From positions 1,504,001-1,568,000 of the forward strand of contig JBFWVL010000001.1 in the NCBI GenBank assembly GCA_050246755.1: 64,000 nt of DNA. Direction: 5' to 3'. A model generated the notes under the pieces. That model saw only the letters and a program-made list of their open reading frames with translations. It ran no database searches and was not told the origin of the DNA. Within the stretch, counting starts at the first letter, position 1. Each line of letters starts with the position of its first letter. The translations under genes were made by a program, and so were the position numbers. This document shows positions 62,901-64,000 of this stretch, one piece after another. The stretch comes from Bacteriovoracia bacterium (lineage in GTDB: Bacteria > Bdellovibrionota > UBA1018 > CAIPTA01).

Positions 62901-64000
62901 TGATCGTGCCGGTGGCCGTATTACTTACTGAATTCGCCGTTAGACTCAGCGAGAAATCTAGGTCGGCGGTATACGTATTATCGTTTTGGCTCGGCACCGT
63001 AATCGTTTTAGAGGTTTCTCCGGCGGCAAAAGTGAGGGTGCCGGAGGTGGACGTATAGTTTGTTCCCGCGAGTCCGGTTCCGTTGGCCGTGGCGTACACC
63101 ACCGAGGTGGAAACGGAGGACGCACGAGTTAGGTTTACGGTGAAGACCAAGTTCGATCCTTCATTCGCGGAAACGTCGCTGGCGCTAGCCGTGGGCGCGG
63201 CGTCGGTATTTACGATCGTGCCGACGGCAGAATTAGTCACGGAACTCGCGGTGAGATTTAGGTTAAAGGTGAGATCCGGAGAATAAATTCCGTCCGCAAG
63301 GCTGGTTACGGTAACGGTTTTGGAGGTTTCGCCCGCGGCGAAGGTTAAGGTGCCGGAAGTAGCCGTATAGTTCGTGCCGGCAAAAGCCGTGTTCCCCACG
63401 GTGGCATACGTTACGGATGTGGAGGTAGACGAGGACCGATTTAAGTTCACCGTGAAAACCAAATTCGACCCTTCGTTGGCGGAAATGTCCGCCGCGCTCG
63501 CAGTGGGGGCCGCATCGGTGTTCACCACGGTGCCGGTAGCGGTGTTGGTGGTGGAATTCGCCGTGAGGCTCAGGGTGAAAGTGAGGTTTGCGGTAAATAC
63601 CCCATCGACGGTGGTGGGAACAGTTATCGTTTTAGAAGTTTCTCCGGCCGCGAACGTTAAGGTACCTGAAGTGGAGGTATAATTTGTTCCCGCGCTCGCG
63701 GTGCCGTTCGAGGTAGCATAAACAACCGAAGTGGAGATAGACGAGGGGCGGTTCAGGTTCACGGTGAAAGTTACGTTCGAGCCCTCATTCGCTGACGCAT
63801 TTCCGGCGGAAGCGGTGGGCGCGGTGTCTACATTCACCACGGTGCCGGTGGCCGTATTGGTTACGGAGTTTGCGGTCACGCTGAGGGTAAAGCTAAGGTC
63901 TCCGGTGTAAGTGCCGTCGTTTTGGCTAGGCACGGTTAGGGTTTTGGAAGTTTCTCCGGCCGCGAAAGTAAGGGTTCCCGAAGTAGAAGTATAGTTCGTG
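56959..64000 (-). CDS. Giant Calx-beta-repeat surface protein/adhesin with phage-fibre-like C-terminal domain (5' end outside the window)
   Basis: The frame stays open to 64000. Repeats read ANEGS.L.FTV.L.R.S..STSV.YAT..GTA..GTNYT..SGTLTFAAGETSKT. The C-terminal ~410 aa contain TFSRAS.ATY..PRFD..GLLIEESRTNLL and WGAQLEAG..ATSYIPT. Confidence 0.92.
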   Translation of the reverse strand, partial: TNYTSTSGTLTFAAGETSKTLTVPSQNDGTYTGDLSFTLSVTANSVTNTATGTVVNVDTAPTASAGNASANEGSNVTFTVNLNRPSSISTSVVYATSNGTASAGTNYTSTSGTLTFAAGETSKTITVPTTVDGVFTANLTFTLSLTANSTTNTATGTVVNTDAAPTASAADISANEGSNLVFTVNLNRSSSTSTSVTYATVGNTAFAGTNYTATSGTLTFAAGETSKTVTVTSLADGIYSPDLTFNLNLTASSVTNSAVGTIVNTDAAPTASASDVSANEGSNLVFTVNLTRASSVSTSVVYATANGTGLAGTNYTSTSGTLTFAAGETSKTITVPSQNDNTYTADLDFSLSLTANSVSNTATGTIINTNAAPTASASDISANEGSNLVFTVNLTRASSTSTSVTYATTDVSAVDGTNYTSASGTLTFAAGETSKTITVNSAADSTYTPSLTFTLSLTANSTANTATGTIVNTDAAPTASASNVSANEGSSLVFTVNLSRASSASTTVTYATSNGTAVAGTNYTNTSGTLTFTAGQTSKTVTVPSANDGTYTSNLTFTLSLTANSVTNTATGTVVNTDALPEATASNVSANEGSDLSFTVSLDRPASVSTSVTYATSNGTAISGTNYTASSGTLTFAAGETSKTVTISSQNDSVHTADLTFTLSMTANSVTHTATGTIVNMNAAPVATASNVSANEGSDLTFTVSLNRASASSTSVTYSTSDGTAIDGTNYTAKSGTLTFAAGETSKTLTVSSLADTTYTANLSFTLSLTANSTTNTATGTVVNTEAAPTASASNVSANEGSNLVFTVNLNRPSATSTSVTYATSDGTAANGTNYTSTSGTLTFTAGQTSKTVTVPSANDGTYTPNLTFTLSMTANATTNTATGTIVNTAAAPEATASNVSANEGSNLSFTVNLDRPSSAATSVTYATSDGTAVEGTNYSAASGTLTFAAGETSKTVSVASQNDGVHTGNLTFTLSLTANSVTHTTTGTVVNTNAAPTATAGNVSANEGSSLSFTVTLNRASASSTSVTYATSDGTAAAGTNYTAASGTLTFAAGETTKTVTVSSAGDSIYTADLNFTLSMTANSVTNTATGTIVNTDAAPTANASNVSANEGSDLTFTVTLDRASATSTTVTYATVGNTAFAGTNYTAKSGTLTYAAGETSKTVTITSLADGTYTPNLTFNLNLIANSVTNAAVGTITNTDAAPTASAGDVFANEGSNLTFTVELNRPSNTSTSVTYATSNGTAASGINYTAASGTLTFAAGETSKTLNISTANDGTYTPNLTAILSVTANSVTNTATGTIVNTDAAPTASASNVSANEGSSLTFTVNLTRPSSASTSVSYATSNGTAISGTNYTGATGTLTFAAGETSKTLSISSANDSVYTADLNFTLSLTANGTTNTATGTVVNVDAAPTASASNVSANEGATLSFTVNLSRASSTSTSVTYATVGDSAFAGTNYSATSGTLTFAAGETSKTVNVTSIDDGVYTPNLTFNLNLTANSVTNTAVGTVVNANAAPTASASNVSANEGSDLTFTVNLTRASSTSTSVTYATSNGTAVAGTNYTAASGTLTFAAGETSKTVTVSSLADSTYTSNLTFTLSLTANSTTNTATGTVTNTDTAPVATAGNVSANEGSDLTFTVNLNRASASSTSVTYATSNGTAASGTNYTSASGTLTFAAGETSKTVTVSSLADGTYTSNLTFTLSMTANSTTNTATGTIVNTEAAPTASASNVSASEGSNLTFTVTLNRAADSSTSVTYATSNGTAISGTNYTAKSGTLTYAAGETSKTVSVTSLSDGTHTGNLTFTLSMTANSTMNTATGTIMNTDSTPTVTLTADSSTVTEGANAGFTLTLNHASSSDVTVDYTTVDGTASAGTDFTAVSGTATITAGSLTTTVSVTTADDGDDEPDEDFSVTISNPANATLGTATAAVTIQDAVLYFNFLDGTLPSGLTFSRASTATYFNAAGVMQTAASGTPRFDHNPASCAGTCAARGLLIEESRTNLLVRSMAFDTTWVANNVSVTADTTTSPDGSVDAEAITSASSSLANADHVAQTVSLQASTAYTLSFFVKNASSSQSLIELTAANSGNAGKISTLTWSAGVPSVSAGTAESVGNGWYRVHLNFTTNASDAGLATVAVYPANSAADTLGAIYLWGAQLEAGSIATSYIPTAGTTATRAAEGISVDNFSNWFNPSAWTAILDFSRTSYEPNSIAATPTLFSACDNTSGATCAADHFEANFSTIANTFNGNADVSSANVASSSYANAADLNGVTVQAAFSQSAAGELRTVVNGTAATLSGSASKPTLRSFAIGTSGRSGSFTKQLNGHLRKFTYRARALSAAQMQSMTSD
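58500..64000 (-). repeat. Tandem ~312-bp (104-aa) coding repeats
   Basis: 17 complete GTNY/GINY-containing units plus one partial unit at the window edge, followed by one canonical Calx-beta unit (GTDF). Confidence 0.9.

Noticed and set aside
57028-63682. Plus-strand ORFs recurring at multiples of ~312 bp; possible CRISPR or DGR
   Set aside because: They are antisense shadows of the Calx-beta repeats. There are no identical short repeats with spacers, no cas genes and no reverse transcriptase.

Overview
A very gene-dense 64 kb window of a bacterial chromosome. The gene content points to Bdellovibrionota or a related 'deltaproteobacterial' lineage (inference): FHA-GYF_2-PilZ protein, orphan Tad module, long barrel-tailed MlaD, stand-alone mreB. 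Layout: (1) 0.2-12 kb is a surface-glycosylation region around tRNA-Ser(GGA), with four GT-C-like membrane proteins, a SAM methyltransferase and a DegT aminotransferase, including a tandemly duplicated head-to-head cassette [membrane-anchored MORN-variant repeat protein / YRPL-type GT-C]. (2) 12-52 kb is mostly housekeeping: amidase, FAD/Fe-S oxidoreductase, ETHE1, mlaEFD-tadA, lepA-lepB-like-pyrB-pyrC'-carA, mreB, amn, hpt, valS, metK, Tad secretin/ATPase/TadBC fusion, M16 pair, lon, typA. (3) Downstream of tRNA-Val(TAC) are a 22-bp duplication of the tRNA 3' end enclosing structured repeats, a decayed IS3-family element and secreted proteins. (4) The window ends inside a giant Calx-beta-repeat protein with a phage-fibre-like tip. 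Best novelty candidates: an ORF that reads as a polyprotein (matrixin protease + GGGC/TM sorting signal + internal second signal peptide + outer-membrane beta-barrel), the duplicated MORN/GT-C cassette, a 40-aa highly basic ORF upstream of metK, an internal signal-peptide-like insert in MlaD, and a LepB lacking its catalytic Lys. All calls come from reading motifs by eye; no database searches were run.
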